Position numbers and translations under genes: made by a program. A stretch of DNA of 39,491 nucleotides from contig ADNK01002822.1 of the NCBI GenBank assembly GCA_000320545.1, positions 1 to 39,491 of the forward strand. Direction: 5' to 3'. A model generated the notes under the pieces. That model did not search any database. It was given only the letters and a program-made list of their open reading frames with translations, and was not told the DNA's origin. Origin of the DNA: Bigelowiella natans CCMP2755 (Eukaryota > Protista > Cercozoa). Shown here piece by piece: positions 1 through 13,577 of the stretch (position 1 is the stretch's first letter; each line of letters starts with the position of its first letter).

Positions 1-323
1 TAGGGTAGCTGGTCTAGTATCCCCGATCTCCCCACCTCCCGTTTCAACAAAAACAATAGCTTGGTTGAAATTTTTAGGATTTTATCTCCCTCCTCTACCC
101 CCTCCCCCTCCACCCCCTCCACTTTGTTAGTATGAGAAGTTAAACTGGTCTTTGCAGCAGCTACAGCAGCAGTGTAGACCTTCGTCCATCCCTCCGTATT
201 CTCATCGATTAGGGCATTAGCTTCATCTATGTCAATCTCATCCGCCCATTTAGCCCTCGGGAACGCACTAGGAATTGGGATTATGGTGATATAGTTGGCA
301 TGATGATTACAACGATGGCGGTG

Positions 324-404
<81 letters not shown>

Positions 405-1261
405 GCGTGTGTACAAGCGGCTCGCGTGTGGTCATCATAATATGATAAACCTGCTGGATCGAACGGTGGTGAGATCATCGGCTTGCGTCTGGCTATACGC
501 ATCAGCCATAATCTCGCTTCGCCCCCCCCCAACATCCTCTCTCCTATATTTATTCCGATATATGTATATACAGAGTATTCAGTATGGTGGTGATGGGGAC
601 GGGTTTTGGTTCAGAGCGTTTTGTCTAAAGAACAAGGATTCTCTTCGAGGCATGATGATGGAGGTGCAATCACGTCGTCGTCGGGTTTCAGCAGCATAAA
701 AAAGTCTCAACGAATACTCGCTTTCTCGAAACATCTGCCTTCACTATTCTCTCACCGGACTGTAGATTCGGCTCCATCGTCCACACTTTGCAGCAGACTT
801 TCTCGGTGCAGCCCTCCTCTCCTCCTCCTATTCGCATGATCGTCATCTTCGTCATCACCATCACGATATCCCCTTCGTCGGTGCCCTCTACCCCCCGCCC
901 GTCTCCTCCTGTCCTCGCGCGAAAGATCCCTCTCCCCGCGCCGACGATGGTGTCTACGAAGTTGGCTATCCCTATCATATTGCGTGTACGAACGAATATC
1001 GTCGTTGTTGTTCTCAGATCGGACGACTGTGCCAACAGTTTCACGCTCCTCGACTAAGTCTTGTACGCTATCTCGGTCTTGCATGCTTTCCATTAGAATG
1101 GAGGGGGATCTATGAGACTGTGGTAGCACAATGAAGTAGCATACGCATCAATATCGTATGGGCATATGCCAAAAATCAGCTTCACAGAATCGATTAAAGA
1201 AACGCTGATATCCACGCATGCGGTTTCCGAGTTATATTGTCACACAGCGCATGGTAAAATA

Positions 1262-1348
<87 letters not shown>

Positions 1349-1590
1349 TCTTTAGCAGTATGCGGGACAACTGGTGCTGTATTTGCTACGGTTCTCTTGT
1401 TACTATGGATGGCGTTGCTTCTATTACTCATGAGAGGAGCTATGTGGGCACTACTATGACTCATGATAGAAGATATGTTGGTACTGCTATTACTCATGAT
1501 AGGAGATATTGATTCACCTTCCCATCATCTGTGTGTGCAACGGTGGACGCGAAGACACTTGGATTTGGGGATCCATGATCGTACCGCGAA

Positions 1591-1679
<89 letters not shown>

Positions 1680-2169
1680 AATATGTATATCGACTTGAAC
1701 ACATGTACGTTTTTAGAAAATCTCTAATAGTGGCCACGATCAGTCTCCTGGCATCAACTCCGCCAGCTATAATAATGTGTTCCTCAGAATTCTATCAATT
1801 GCTTGTAATCTGCCGACGCTAGTTCCGATGTTTTGTCAAAATGCGAAACCGGTAGGTCCGCGTATGCATGCGTGTTCAAATAACTTGCCTGCGCGATTGA
1901 TTCTCCAGTGGAGTTGAGGAGGACGCTAGGGGTGCCTTGGCCGAGCAGCGCCATTATACCATCTCTATCATCATGCCGCCTGTTTGCGTAAACAGCAGCA
2001 TCACATTTGGTGGGACATTTCAAAACAAAATAGATGAGTACCTTCCAACAGTAGAGATAATAACGAACAAAGATACTGCGATCATTGAGGCCATGCTTGA
2101 GAACGTCAACCTCCGCCTCCGTGTGACAACTAACGGCCTGATAATGTTATCAAATTCTTCATCTCGTAT
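1..2169 (-). CDS. Hypothetical multi-exon protein with an N-terminal hydrophobic segment; runs off the window start, 5' end uncertain
   Basis: Phase-compatible exons read on the minus strand: ~2169-2042 (IRDEEF...[18 protein letters not shown]), ~1964-1889 (DGIMALLGQ...SIAQ, GC donor), 1791-~1709 ([11 protein letters not shown]...FLK), 1558-1519 ([14 protein letters not shown]), ~1120-758 (SHRSPS...ESTVR), ~517-452 (EIMADAYS...), ~268-180 ([29 protein letters not shown]). No family recognised. Confidence 0.6.
1411..1509. repeat. Three degenerate 33-bp tandem repeats inside an intron
   Basis: Minus-strand units atatctcctatcatgagtaatagcagtaccaac / atatcttctatcatgagtcatagtagtgcccac / atagctcctctcatgagtaatagaagcaacgcc. 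Confidence 0.7.
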
Positions 2170-2638
2170 CTAATCTAAGCAACCAAATCAACCAAATAAA
2201 GACAACTTTCTGTAAGAGTTCTCATCCTTATCATATTCCCCCTCCATCCTCCTTCAATGGAAACGCTGCGAGGCGAAGAGTCTATCCAGGGAGGGGGACA
2301 GGGCTTCTGCGCCCGCTGGTCAGATGAGTTGGATTCGGCATAATTTTGTACGGAAAATATCATATAAATGTTTTCGTTCAAAAAAAATTACCTTATTTTT
2401 ATTTCATCTTTCTTCTCGCCGTTCCTCGTACTCTTACTCGGAGAACACCCTTGGCTTTCTTGACTGTTTCAGCACAAGAGTTTGGGAAATAGGATTTCGG
2501 AACTGATGTGCAGAAATTCGATCATCTTTTCATAACGACAATAAATTATTTCAGTCGTATTATATAAATATATTATGATATCCGCATCAAGCAAAAACTG
2601 AAGAAAGAACGTTGTTCTGACTTTTGAACCGGCCTCGG

Positions 2639-3608
2639 ATGAGTGCCGGCATGCTTGGAAAATGTCGCAGGCTTCTACCCCCCTCCGCAGCTCGGAGGGC
2701 ATTGCGAGGAGCGGTGCTGCCCGTAGGCATCGGGAGTAACATATTTACATCCCCTACAGTACTCTGTACCAACGGTATGAAGGTTGAGCTGTTCTTATGG
2801 CATTAGCAGTATTACTGAGGAAGTGACGTGCAGGTTGCAGGCCGGTCAGCTCCGGAAGGAGTACCGTAAGGAGAGGACGCTCGCGAGTAGGGAGAGGCGC
2901 AAGAGGTGCGTGGAAAGTTTTAGTGCAGGTTTCTAACATCCCCCGATTATTTGTAGCCTCCACCATTAACCATTAGTCGGCACTCCCCGCAAGAAAGCCG
3001 CACCACAAGAGGAGCAGCACCTTGGTCCAGAGGCGTTAAAGGAGCTGTCATTGAAAAAGTTTGCGCAGAGCGTGCGACGGATGCAAAAAGGGGTGCATAC
3101 ACACACGCACGCACGTACACACACATATATACAGAGAGAGAGGGAGAGAGAGAGAGAGAGAGAGAGAAGGGGGGGGAGAGCAGATCAGAATAGAGAATTT
3201 CGGCATTTATGACGCTACGCCATATCTGGGAATTAATAATATATTCTGTTAGAATAATATGGTGGACAAGATAGCTGCCCTTGCTGAGAGGAGGCGCGTA
3301 GCAGTGGCCAACACGAAGGAGAGAGAACGCTTCTCCGCGAGACTTAGGGATATCCTAAGCTCTCTAGACGAATCCAAATGCTTCGACTTGCGAGTGTAGG
3401 ACAGATTTTTATTTTCTATCATCAGGAGGGGGGGGGTAGTAGATGGGGCGTGTTATGTGTTTACTATCAGTGTTTGCTTTAAAATTATCTGCTTCTGGAT
3501 TGTGGTAATTGATGTTCTTTTCACCTAGGTACCACACACAGCGACGACTACACTACTACGACTTGATGGTAACAGCCCCCCTTTTCTTCCCATGTGCGTG
3601 TATGTATG

Positions 3609-3687
<79 letters not shown>

Positions 3688-3980
3688 GTCTGTCTGTGTG
3701 TGTGTGTGTGTGTGGGTGTGTGTTCACATTGAGCGGGAATGCTAATTCTGCTCTTCTGATTTTCACCTTCTTGGCCCTTCCTCCTCAACTGTGGGGACCA
3801 TTGCCATTATTCTCATCCTTGTTGTAGATCGTTGCAAGCTGTTACTCTGCCCGACAGGCGTATTTTGCAGCAAACAGAGTCGGAGACATGGCAGCGGAAC
3901 TTGAGTTCCTCGGAGACAACCCAAAGAGAGTAGGCTGCTACATTAGAAAGAAATTGAGTCATACACGTACTCAAACACGG

Positions 3981-4022
<42 letters not shown>

Positions 4023-4384
4023 ATGTTCATACACACACACGCACATGCTCATACACATATACACATGCATCCATACATAAACACAGAATACACATTAATA
4101 AACCAATATACACAAGTATGTATGTAATGCACTGCATTATGATGTTAATATATATATTTTAGATTGCTGTTCTCCCCCATCTTAGTTGTGCTAAAGCATT
4201 ATCTTTTGCAGGCAAAGGCGCAGGAGATTGAGGAGGGATGGGCGTACTCCGACTGCAGGGACGTCATGGTGCACGTGTTAGTGGAAGAGGTGCACACACA
4301 ATATGATGTGTATATTCTATGCTATTTCGCAAAAATAACGCACACATTATACAAAAATAATTTACGTATGTGTGCGCATATATG

Positions 4385-4446
<62 letters not shown>

Positions 4447-4488
4447 ATTGTGTGTGATTGTGTGTGATTGTGTGTGATTGTGTTTGTA

Positions 4489-4528
<40 letters not shown>

Positions 4529-4940
4529 GTGCCCAACACATGTGCGCGGAGTGTAGCATTGATTTGCTGTTTATGTTCCTTCTCAGGTCCGCCAGTCAGC
4601 AGAGTGGGAGGAGAACTACGAGCACGAATTGATACCGGAAGAGTACTATGAAGCGCCGCTATCATTTAAGCCGAGGTTCTTGGTTTTGAGTTTCTGTTGT
4701 AAGGAAAATGCGTGAGATAAAAGTTAATCTGAGGTTTTGTTCAATTTACATATTCATAGCATAGTGCGTTTTCCAATGTTCTTCTTTTAATCGAGATCAA
4801 ACTTAAAAGCCTCCTGATCTTCTACGATTTTCGATTTGTAACGTTTGGTTTATTCATATGAACCCTGTACATAATGTGTGCTCAGATATCCGCCGGAGCC
4901 AAATGAAGCTTGGTATGAGGAGTATGAGCGGGAAACATAG
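2639..4940 (+). CDS. MALSU1: RsfS/Iojap/MALSU1-family ribosome silencing/assembly factor, probably mitochondrial
   Basis: Spliced product: Arg-rich, acid-free N-terminus (MSAGMLGKCRRLLPPSAARRALRG), then ...ILSSLDESKCFDLRVYHTQRRLHYYDLM|IVASCYSARQAYFAANRVGDM...|EGWAYSDCRDVMVHVLVEE|VRQSAEWEENY..., matching the RsfS pattern (K.xD...D.hhhA...S.RQ...W...D.gDVhVHh...R...E). Last exon 4886-4940 (YPPEPNEAWYEEYERET*). Confidence 0.8.
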
Positions 4941-5402
4941 CGAGAAATGGTTGGGTTTCCTGATGCACCTCGGTAACCACAGCTATGCAGCCTCTGTATG
5001 ACATTCATTTTTTTTCCGTTGTGAAAATATAGACCAGCATGGTGCATGTAGCTATGTGGACTACGGGTCTAGAGGTGTATACACATACATGCATGTGACA
5101 CATGTCACGTCATATATATGCATGTCCGCAAACATAGTGCAACGTACGGCTATTTACCTTGTCCTACAGTCCAGCAGTTTATTTTAGTATAGTAACTGCA
5201 TGGCTACCTATATTTTTCGCGTATAATGTATATATCCGTCGCTTCGCGAGCGCGTGCGCCCGCGTGTACGTGCAATAAGCCAATATGACGCTGTAGGACG
5301 TACATGTCTAACTGTGCATGTGTGCGTACAGCTATCTTGCATGCATACACACGTATGCAGGTCTAGTATGCGCATGTACTCTAGCTAGCTAGTACAGAGC
5401 TC

Positions 5403-5520
5403 ATATTAGACACAGCAATACAGTATATATATTATATATATAATGTATTGCATGTCTATCATAATAGACACAGCAATACAATATATATATTATATATAAT
5501 ATGTATTGCATGTCTATCAT
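5403..5520. repeat. Two tandem ~58-bp units, each an imperfect hairpin around a (TA)n core
   Basis: tagacacagcaataca-(ta)n-tgtattgcatgtcta occurs at 5407 and 5465; the arms of each unit are near-perfect reverse complements. Confidence 0.8.
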
Positions 5521-5805
5521 GCTCGACCATGCAATATATAACGACAATAAAATAATATATATTAGTTTGTAGCACTTGTCTGTCGCATCGCATGCACAGA
5601 CTTGACTAGTTGACTTTGTGCGATGTCCGCCATGTAGTGTGGCATGTAGTTACACTTTTTGGGTGCTATGATAGCCCTCATGCTTGTTTAACGCGCAATA
5701 AGGCTACAAGTTCCATCAAATTTGATGTATGCACCTTTAAGGTTGCAGCTATTATCAGATTTTTTTTTTCGATTGTAATCGATAAGAAAAAACATACATA
5801 CTCTC

Positions 5806-7303
5806 TCATTCTTCGAATTGCTTCAAATGATGCTGAACGTTCTGGATCTTCTCCTGGATACTTGCGTATTCTTTCACCATATCTCCGAAACCTACATCAA
5901 GACTTTGATACTCATCCACCTCTTTTTGAAGTTGCTTGACCATGGCTGTGGTTTCCACCAACTTACTGTTAACATGCCGTCTTATTTCTCTAAGAGCAAC
6001 GACCTTTTCCCTCTTATAAGTTCTGCCCATGAATTCCACATTCAAGGATCTTACCTTGTCTTCAAGACATTGCGTGCGAAGAAGCTTATGCTCAATCTCT
6101 TTTTTACTAAGTTTGGCCTGACCAACGATAAAATCTTCTGCAAACCCTCCCGTAATACACATCGCCTCGTTCACTGAGTTTATCAGCTGAAGACGTAGAT
6201 TTGCGTTGCGCCGCTCTTGTTCGACAATTGAAGCTTCAATCTGTTGCTTCGCTTTGAGGCTTCGTTCTACAGCCTGCACTACATCAACATCATCTTTTTT
6301 TGCTATCCTTGCTTCCTTTGAGTTAGATGGCTTCTTAGTGTCTAAATTAAGGGAGCACCTATTTTCAGTCATTGTTGCAACAGGAGCACGTGTCGTAATT
6401 TTTGTAGTAGCTGCCGCCCCTGCTTTCTTCTGGCCTCTTCGTTTTCCTTTCTTACCCTTTTGAGGTCCTCCAGACTCCAGGTAGGCCATCAAATCAATCT
6501 CATCCTCGTCTTTGGATGGTAATGCTTTAGCGACAGGAATTCTGGAAACATGTGCAAGCGGCTCTTGCTGCCCTTTCAGCTGGTCATCATCTTCATCCGA
6601 GTTTCGAAACACGCTGATGTAGTTCTCAAGTTTTGACGTTTTCTGAGCAATGTTATTCTCGATGAACGGTATAAGCTCCTGGAATGTTGAATTGCTGCAT
6701 TCATCTGTGGGCAAGTCTTTCTTTCGAATCCCCAATACCTGAGAACTTGCGACGTCTACTCGGTTCTCGTCTAGGCATTTGAGAGCTTGCTTGTTATTCC
6801 CTCCCCCGCTCACTGGTAGTGTTGGTTCCTTCAGCATCGCGATTTGCTTACATCGTTGAAGCTCTAATTTATCTCCAAGTATCTTAGCCTTGTGACTGTA
6901 TGGTCCATTCGCAATCTCAAGATTAGAGGCAATGGCATCAAGTTCCTGTAAAAGAGCCCGATTCTTGAAATACTCCTGTTCCTGAAGGTCCCTTTCTGCC
7001 TCGATTTGCCTCACCTTCTCTTTCTCCTCTTCAAATAGCCCCCCCAGAGCTTCGTCCAGAAACTCTAATACTTTTTTAAACTCGGGGCACTCGGTTGTGA
7101 CGCGGGTGAGCTCAGGATGGACGCTGTCGATGGGAGGTATTGGCTGGATAGAAGGTTGGGTCCCCTGATCAGTAGATTGGATACAACAAAATTACCAGGT
7201 ATAGCACATATTAGATATGTGGCAAGGAAACCTGCTCGCTGGAATCTTGGCCTTCCGTCGGGAGCTTCCCCTCCTCTTCCAAAGGGGAGAGAAAAGCCTC
7301 CAT
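5806..7303 (-). CDS. HAUS4: Augmin/HAUS complex subunit 4
   Basis: Exon 1 7303-7232 (MEAFLSP...SSEQ), 67-nt intron, exon 2 7164-5806. The C-terminus KVRSLNVEFMGRTYKREKVVALREIRRHV...EYQSLDVGFGDMVKEYASIQEKIQNVQHHLKQF matches the HAUS4/AUG4 pattern (TY...V.AL..IR..L...Y..L...F..hV.EY..h...I). The N-terminal PEFKKVLEFL region is also consistent. Confidence 0.8.
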
Positions 7304-8386
7304 TCGAGCTTGGATTGGCCGGAAATTACGAGACGGAAGGAAAGTATAAGTCGCGTAGGGATAATCACCGGTATCACCTGGATCACACTTTTCGGAACAG
7401 CAGCCCGCCAAAAAAAGAGCAATGCCTTTTCTTGGGCTTTGTGTTACAGTCAAATTTGAGCCTGATTTCACATGAATGATGCATATTATGATGTCGCAAT
7501 CAATAAATTCGAATGTAAGGACTGTATGGGGAAAAAGTATTAAGACAAAGAGAGTGCGTCAAGCCTTTCGGGTTACCGCACTTTCAAATACAGAATTGAT
7601 TATCTCATAGAATCATCTCTCTCTTTCTCGAATAAAAATTGAAGTCTAAATTTTTGGGAGGACTGGATGAAGGGTAAAACATCTTGAGAAAAGGACTAAA
7701 TATTCGTGTCCCGTCAATTTTCGATTCTGATCTTTCTCTCGTGACTCACTTCTTAATAATACACGTAGAACAAATGGGTATTTCAGAATCATTTGCATAC
7801 ACATGTGAATAAAATTTAAAATATTCCAAATGTATAGAACTTAGGTGTACGACTTGTAGAATGGGATGACGTCAAGTATAGACTTCCTCATAATTTCTCT
7901 ATTTTTTGCACATGTCCCAACCATTTCGACCTCGAAATCACTACTGCTCATAGGATAGGCGTTCTCTCTATTTAGGCGCTTGAGACTTCAAATTATGTAT
8001 AAAATATAACATATTTTGAAGGAATTGTAATTCGTATCCAATTACTTAACTCTTAAAAAATCTGAATGGCAGCTCCAAGGTATCGAGCACTTTGATGATC
8101 TTCCGCAAATGTGTGGGAACACTTGCTTGGTTGTAATTGTGTTTGCTCGCGCTTGTTCTCTCGTATTTCCATTTTAATAAAGACCTGCTGATTTATGAGA
8201 GACAGATCCGAATTTGTCTTAGATATTTCGCTTTTTCAGATTCCGTGTGTAACTCGACGAGCTTATCCCGAAGAAGCAGAATCAATTCTCCTCCACATTC
8301 GCCTTTAAGCACGCAGCTAATATCCTTAACTGTATTCTAAGAAAATCTCGTATATTCCATTTTCTTCGGAATTTTTTTATTAAAGA

Positions 8387-9429
8387 ATGCCTGGCTTCTG
8401 CTACTCTCGTCGCCTCTTATTGCTCTGCCTGGTTATTGGCGCGGTCTACGGGGCAGACATTGTGAAGAATGTGGGAACTAAATCCGCAATCACTGAAGTG
8501 AAAAGTGACAAAGATACTATAGGCGCAGCCGATGGTGAACCACAGAAACCCATAGTAGCATTTCAAGCTGCTGAGAAACCAACTGAAAAGGATCAGTTGA
8601 AGGACGATAGCATTCAACCCGATGAGATCAAGGAACTATTCGATCGCTTTGACGATGACTCGAACGGATATCTCAACCGTAATGCCCGTCTTTAGTCAGA
8701 AAGTGGTATTATATTATCTTCCTGACACTATTGATGTTGGTGACATGTAGGCAAGGAATTATTCCACTACTTCGTTGTGACAACACCCCCTGATTCAGAG
8801 ATGGGAAGAGCTTATAAGAAAAAGGACTACTTTAACCTCGTAAGGTAGGGAGCGCCTCTTGTTCTTTTTACTTGGTTTTAAATAGGGTCCTCATGCATGT
8901 CGCTGTATCACTTCCCATATCTTTGTGCCGTTGTTGTCGTTGTCTTTTCACTAACACCATCATCGTCGTCATCATGATCGTCATCATCATCATCATTATC
9001 TTTTAGCCCTCCTCCTCCTCCTTAACTTAACGTTCCCGCATATTACTATCGTCATAAGCACTGAAATGATGTTGATAGGTATCGTGAATTCTGCAAGAAG
9101 GTGGGAGCCGATCCTTTGATGGGACTCACCCTAGAGAACATTCAAAGGGCTTACAGTCAGCACTATGGCTATGCGCATAAGGTAATGAAACTCAGCCCCA
9201 TACTTCACCTGACATGTATGTGTGCGGAATTCACGTCATCGAAATGACAGCACGCCATGCTCGATAACCGGCATAATTATCATCCACTCTCAAATTAGGA
9301 TTGGGTAGTAACTGCTGGAATGAGAAGTATGAAGATACCAGCTAGAGGTACTGCTTTCCGTGTGTGTGAAAACAGAAAACACGCACACACATACACACAC
9401 ACACATACACATACACACACAGAAAGAGA

Positions 9430-9474
<45 letters not shown>

Positions 9475-9536
9475 TACACATATATATTAACTACATTTTT
9501 ATATCTATATATAAAATATATATAATATTTGGTGTA

Positions 9537-9569
<33 letters not shown>

Positions 9570-10295
9570 ACTCAAAAAATGTTTTCATTACTTCAGAGAG
9601 ACAGCACATTAAGGAAGCATTCGCTGCGTTCGATTTGGACAACAATGGGTATGAACAGGACTGATTTGAGATTATTTATACAAACGAAAACATCACTGTG
9701 TAGATAGCGCATCATGATAGCAAAGGAATTCTCAGTGACGTTTGCAAAGACTTTTTCCTCAGAAAAATAATCAGTCAGAGTTTCTACAAAATCCTTGTTT
9801 TTTGAATGATAACAAACTGACTCGACCACTTTTTTTCCTCCATCTATCCAATTGATAATTTCGTAGTATTTGACACTTTTTTTTTCCCTGATGAACATGA
9901 AGATTCATAAACTGGCCTGAGATGCAGAAGATGGTTCCAAGCATGACGGTACTGAATTGATGTAATGGTGATGATGGTTTGCGGAATCTATCAGCGGTTC
10001 TGAGAAAGAGGGGTGGGGGGGATATGCAATGCGTAGGATTTTTATTCTTCAGCATTGCTATACCATATTCCTGAATTGCTTTTATTTGCCCGCATTATTA
10101 TGATAACTCTTTTGATCCCCACATCACCGGCCTCTCATCCTCGTCCATTCAAATAAAGGGTCAAAGCTACGAGCAGATGTCCTATGCCCTCGGAGCCGAT
10201 ATTTCAGAAGGCATTGACCTACATGGCATCACAAAGGTCTGCAGTATTGTTTTGGACGAAGGAGAGGGGGAGGGGGTGGGCTCGATACAACAATG

Positions 10296-10332
<37 letters not shown>

Positions 10333-11023
10333 CAATTGCCTCTGCTGTTGCTCAGTTCGTTCTGCTGCTACCTCATGATCCTTCGTTCCCCCTCTGCTGA
10401 CATCTCCCCCTTTTTGCCACTACCAATTGCAGGTCTACACGCGCCATACGAGCCCACTGCGCAAAGCGATAAAGGAATGGGAGAAACCAAAGGATGAAAT
10501 CATCGTCGTCAAGGAAGGTATAGTCACTCTTTTGCTGGCGTTGGGGGAGTTCGTGTGTGTGTTTGTGTCAGTATTTGTGCTAACCTGCCGCTTTGCCCCG
10601 AAGGTAATGTTATGGCGTTCTGGATACTGGCGGTATTCTTCATCGTATGCCTTGTTGCGCCCATAACGGCTTGGATGTGCGGCGTACACAAAACCATCCA
10701 GGTCGTTCTCTATCCACCACCATTATATGCTGTGTTGTTGGAGGAATTGCAATGTAGCTAGGGACATGACCCCTTGGACTATAAATAAATAAAAAGCGAA
10801 TTGGTGCACTTTGAGTACATAGCCATTTCGTTTGATATGGCTGTGTCAAAAAACGGAACCCTCGCTTTGATAATATTAACTGAATCTGTTAGCTCTTTCA
10901 TAGATGGCTTTCCCTGTCTGCTTCTCACCTCCTCCGCATTACTGCACTTGCTGCTATTTCTAGGGGCGAAAAATGATCAAGCAGACGGCACAGCAGATGC
11001 AGGAACTCGTTAAAGCGACATAG
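8387..11023 (+). CDS. Signal-peptide, EF-hand-containing type I membrane protein
   Basis: About 10 exons. Signal peptide (LLLLCLVIGAVYG), EF loops DDDSNGYLNRKE and DLDNNGFINWPE, TM segment AFWILAVFFIVCLVAPITAWMC, short tail GRKMIKQTAQQMQELVKAT* (TAG 11021-11023). Confidence 0.8.
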
Positions 11024-11735
11024 GAATTAGACTTAAAGTAAGCGGCTACTAGGCAGCTATAGCGGCAGCAGCATTTACTAAGATGTTATTAGCCTTAGCT
11101 TGTTATGCTGTGCATCCGGTCAATATTTGATTTCATTTCTTCGCTTGCTAGAATAGGGAGAAAACCGGTGGCTGCATTAACTGTACGTTCACCACGAGAA
11201 TCTGTTTTAATTCAAAATCAAATTAGTGATTTCAGTAGCAGCAGCAGCAGCAATAAAACCTCGCCGAGAGTTCGCTGACAACAAACTGAAAGCCAAAATT
11301 GATATTCTACTATAAATTTTATTTGTATGTGTTGGGTGAGGCCGCCACAAACATGTAAGCTTTCGACAATCGGTCTTATATTGCAGCGCTAATAATAAGC
11401 ACGTGAGAGCATAGCTCATGACATATATATTACAACGCGGCAAAGCGCCAACGCTTGGAGCTGCGCGTTTATGTGATGAATCATTTAGTGCTAATGCCGC
11501 ATCGCACGGAAACAGCAGGATCGATCTTCTAGATCACGAACACTACACATCAGCATGCGCTAGATGCGGGAGATATATATCAAGAAGATGCCATCCATGC
11601 TTCCACGTTATTGTGTGCGCAGCGCGTGTATGATTAGATGAGATCTCATGTAAAAGTAGTGGTGCAGGCTCCACTGCCTAGGAGGATAATAACGTCAATG
11701 AACAATTTTACATGCAAACTCATCGCTTAATTAGC

Positions 11736-12215
11736 TCAACTGAAAGATCCAGTGCATCCCCAAAGATTCGGCACCTTAGAATGACAATGCTCGCTCGTGG
11801 TATGTTTTGATTACTTTCTCACTTTACCACCCCCCCCCCCCCCACTCTATAACATCACACACTCACCTGATGGTACATCCTTGGGTCTGACTTTTGGGGG
11901 TCTTCGTCACTCATACTTGGCCTGTGTTGTGAGTAAAAACACGACGAGTATTAGCTGTGTGTGTTTGATGTGTATTTGATTTCACAACGAGGATGCAGTG
12001 CAGCTCGCGAAGTAGCAAGGTTTGGAGGAATGTCGGCGGATCTCAAGGCGATGATCATTGTGCCCTGGCACGAGCACTTCCGTGTCGCAGAAGACAAAGT
12101 CAAATTCGAAAGGTGCCGCCACAAATACAGCAAAACCCCACAGAGGAAAAGGTGCTTATTGAAACCAAAATCCTAGCTAACATGTGTGGGTATATACGTG
12201 TGTGGGGAGGGTGGG

Positions 12216-12256
<41 letters not shown>

Positions 12257-13541
12257 CGACCAAAGAATCGCGGAGCCGGCTTTAGGCGAAGCTCGTACAT
12301 TGATATTTGGGAAATCTACAACGGATACACAAATGGAATTAATTTAATTTATGTTGTTATTATGATAATTGCGTCGGAATCGTCTTCATCATCATTATCA
12401 TCATCATCATCATCAATATCATCATCCTTACAGCTTTATTGAGCTATCAACAGACTCAATTGGTGTGTTTTCATCTTTGCCATGAGCGCTTAGTGACCTG
12501 TCTCTCCCCCCTCCTCCACATCCGATAGGTAAAGGAAAAATGTGAGGATTCGAGGACCAGCAGCGTTATTGTCCTAATAAAATGGCAAAATGGTAGGGTG
12601 ATGATGACAACAATGACGACGATGATGGTGAGGGAGACATTCCTTCTGATATGGATTAAAAACGATATATTAGCTATGCTATGGCCTCCCACATGACGGC
12701 ATTGTTCCAAAGCATGTATAATAATATGCGCTGCTTTCGCTCAGCTCGGGTGAATCATGCGTGCAGTGTACTCGAAACTATCAACAATCACAACGCCTCT
12801 TCTGATGGAAGAGGTCTGTATTCTACGAGATGGCTCCCTTTGCACGCACCCCTCCGGAGTCGTCGTGATGCACATGGTAAAACTGGCCCTTTTGATACTG
12901 CAGCACCTGTTGTATAGAGCAAAGGATTGTGGTATATTGGTCGTGAACGATGTGCGTGCGGCAGATACAGAGCCAAATTTATTTTTGCGAGCATTGCATC
13001 CTTTCTCCTGGTAATCATCATCGTCATTGTATTCCTTCAGTTCTTACTTGGAAGGATTCGTAGTTTTCGCGGGGGATTGCTGTGAAAGCAAGCGAAGAAG
13101 AGGGCGATGAGGAATAAGACAACAAAGCGGAAGAAGGAGACATAATATACGCGGAGAAAAGCACACGGAGAGAACAAATCGAAAAGCTACCAAAAAACCT
13201 CAAAAAGCAACATCGTAAAAGAAAAGGGAAACCCCTCCACGGTACCGGTGACATCGACGATTTTCTGGTAAATCTGCGACACCAACGCGTCCCTTTCGCA
13301 TTGGTGATTACACCTGACGGTTACGGATAGTATCAGCTGATTTTCGCCGATTGTAGGCCCCGTAAACCGGTCGTGGTTTTGCTGCTTTTGCTGCTGCTGC
13401 TGCATATACCAGGAGTTGGATGAAGTCCTACTCTGAGACACAACCTTTTGCATCTCACCGAACTCGTTCACTGCTCCCTGATCTAGTGGAGGGGGTGGAT
13501 GATGATTTGCCAAATAAATGATGATGATGAGATCGAGTCGC

Positions 13542-13577
<36 letters not shown>

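Noticed and set aside
11951-12220. Complex-sequence stretch in a P4H intron, a possible snoRNA or nested ORF
   Set aside because: No convincing C/D or H/ACA box arrangement and no protein motif; it also does not encode the missing P4H exon.
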